From assembly GCA_964016885.1 (NCBI GenBank), contig OZ024740.1, positions 375,906,001 through 375,970,000 on the forward strand: a stretch of 64,000 nucleotides of DNA. The letters run 5' to 3'. The notes under the pieces were generated by a model. It saw only the letters and a list, made by a program, of their open reading frames with translations. It was not told the origin of the DNA and searched no databases. This stretch comes from Eledone cirrhosa. Taxonomy: Eukaryota. Of this stretch, positions 63,597-64,000 are shown piece after piece (position 1 is the first letter of the stretch; every line of letters starts with the position of its first letter). A program made the position numbers and the translations under genes.

Positions 63597-64000
63597 TCTA
63601 TATATATAAAACTGTGGTTGTCTGTCTGTCTATCGATTTTTGGCACACATCTCCTCTTAGAATCTCTCACGGAATTGCACCGAAATTGCTATACTTGTAC
63701 ATTGAGCCCTAGCGAAGACATCGGAAAAAAAATATTTCAAATTGACCCGCCCTATCTGACGAAATCGAATATAATGTATCGATTTTTGAGCGTAAGTGAT
63801 CAGTTATTTCCCTTTGTTCTGTTTACATTGAGCGTCTGCGTGCAAAAATTAAAAAAATTACGCTGGCTTTCTCAGCGTTTAAAATGACATTAACACAATA
63901 ATTTTGACTTGAAAGCAAGTCTATTTAAAGACTACGTAAAACAAGCAAATATTTCGTAAAAAAAAGCAAAAATTATATAAGTTTATTTAAAATATATGTA
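63597..64000 (+). mobile_element. Possible non-autonomous Helitron 5' end interrupting the Penelope-like ORF
   Basis: RT similarity stops at A|TCTATATATATAAAA, followed by (GTCT)n. The 3' end is not in the window. Confidence 0.4.

Overview
AT-rich, microsatellite-rich eukaryotic DNA with no recognisable host gene. The SINE and repeat landscape suggests an octopus or other cephalopod, but this is inference. The centre (about 15.1-57.6 kb) is a ~42 kb nest of non-LTR retrotransposons separated only by short (ATT)n tracts. Seven L1/Tx1-clade LINEs lie on the + strand: families A and B alternate, followed by one old relic. One copy (44463-50360) is full length with intact ORF1 and ORF2. Three R4/Dong-clade RLE elements lie on the - strand. 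A tRNA-derived SINE in the nest has a 3' end resembling the Tx1 3' end. The flanks hold Penelope-like relics with fold-back inverted repeats and hammerhead-ribozyme motifs beside (TA)n tracts, a decayed Chapaev3-like DNA transposon, an RTE fragment and a possible Helitron end. The most unusual signals are the strand-partitioned, self-regenerating (ATT)n retrotransposon community, a conserved GTAAGT mini-intron candidate that would fuse Tx1 ORF1 to ORF2 in frame in both families, the SINE-Tx1 shared tail, and the hammerhead ribozymes. Coordinates were read by eye and may be off by a few bases.
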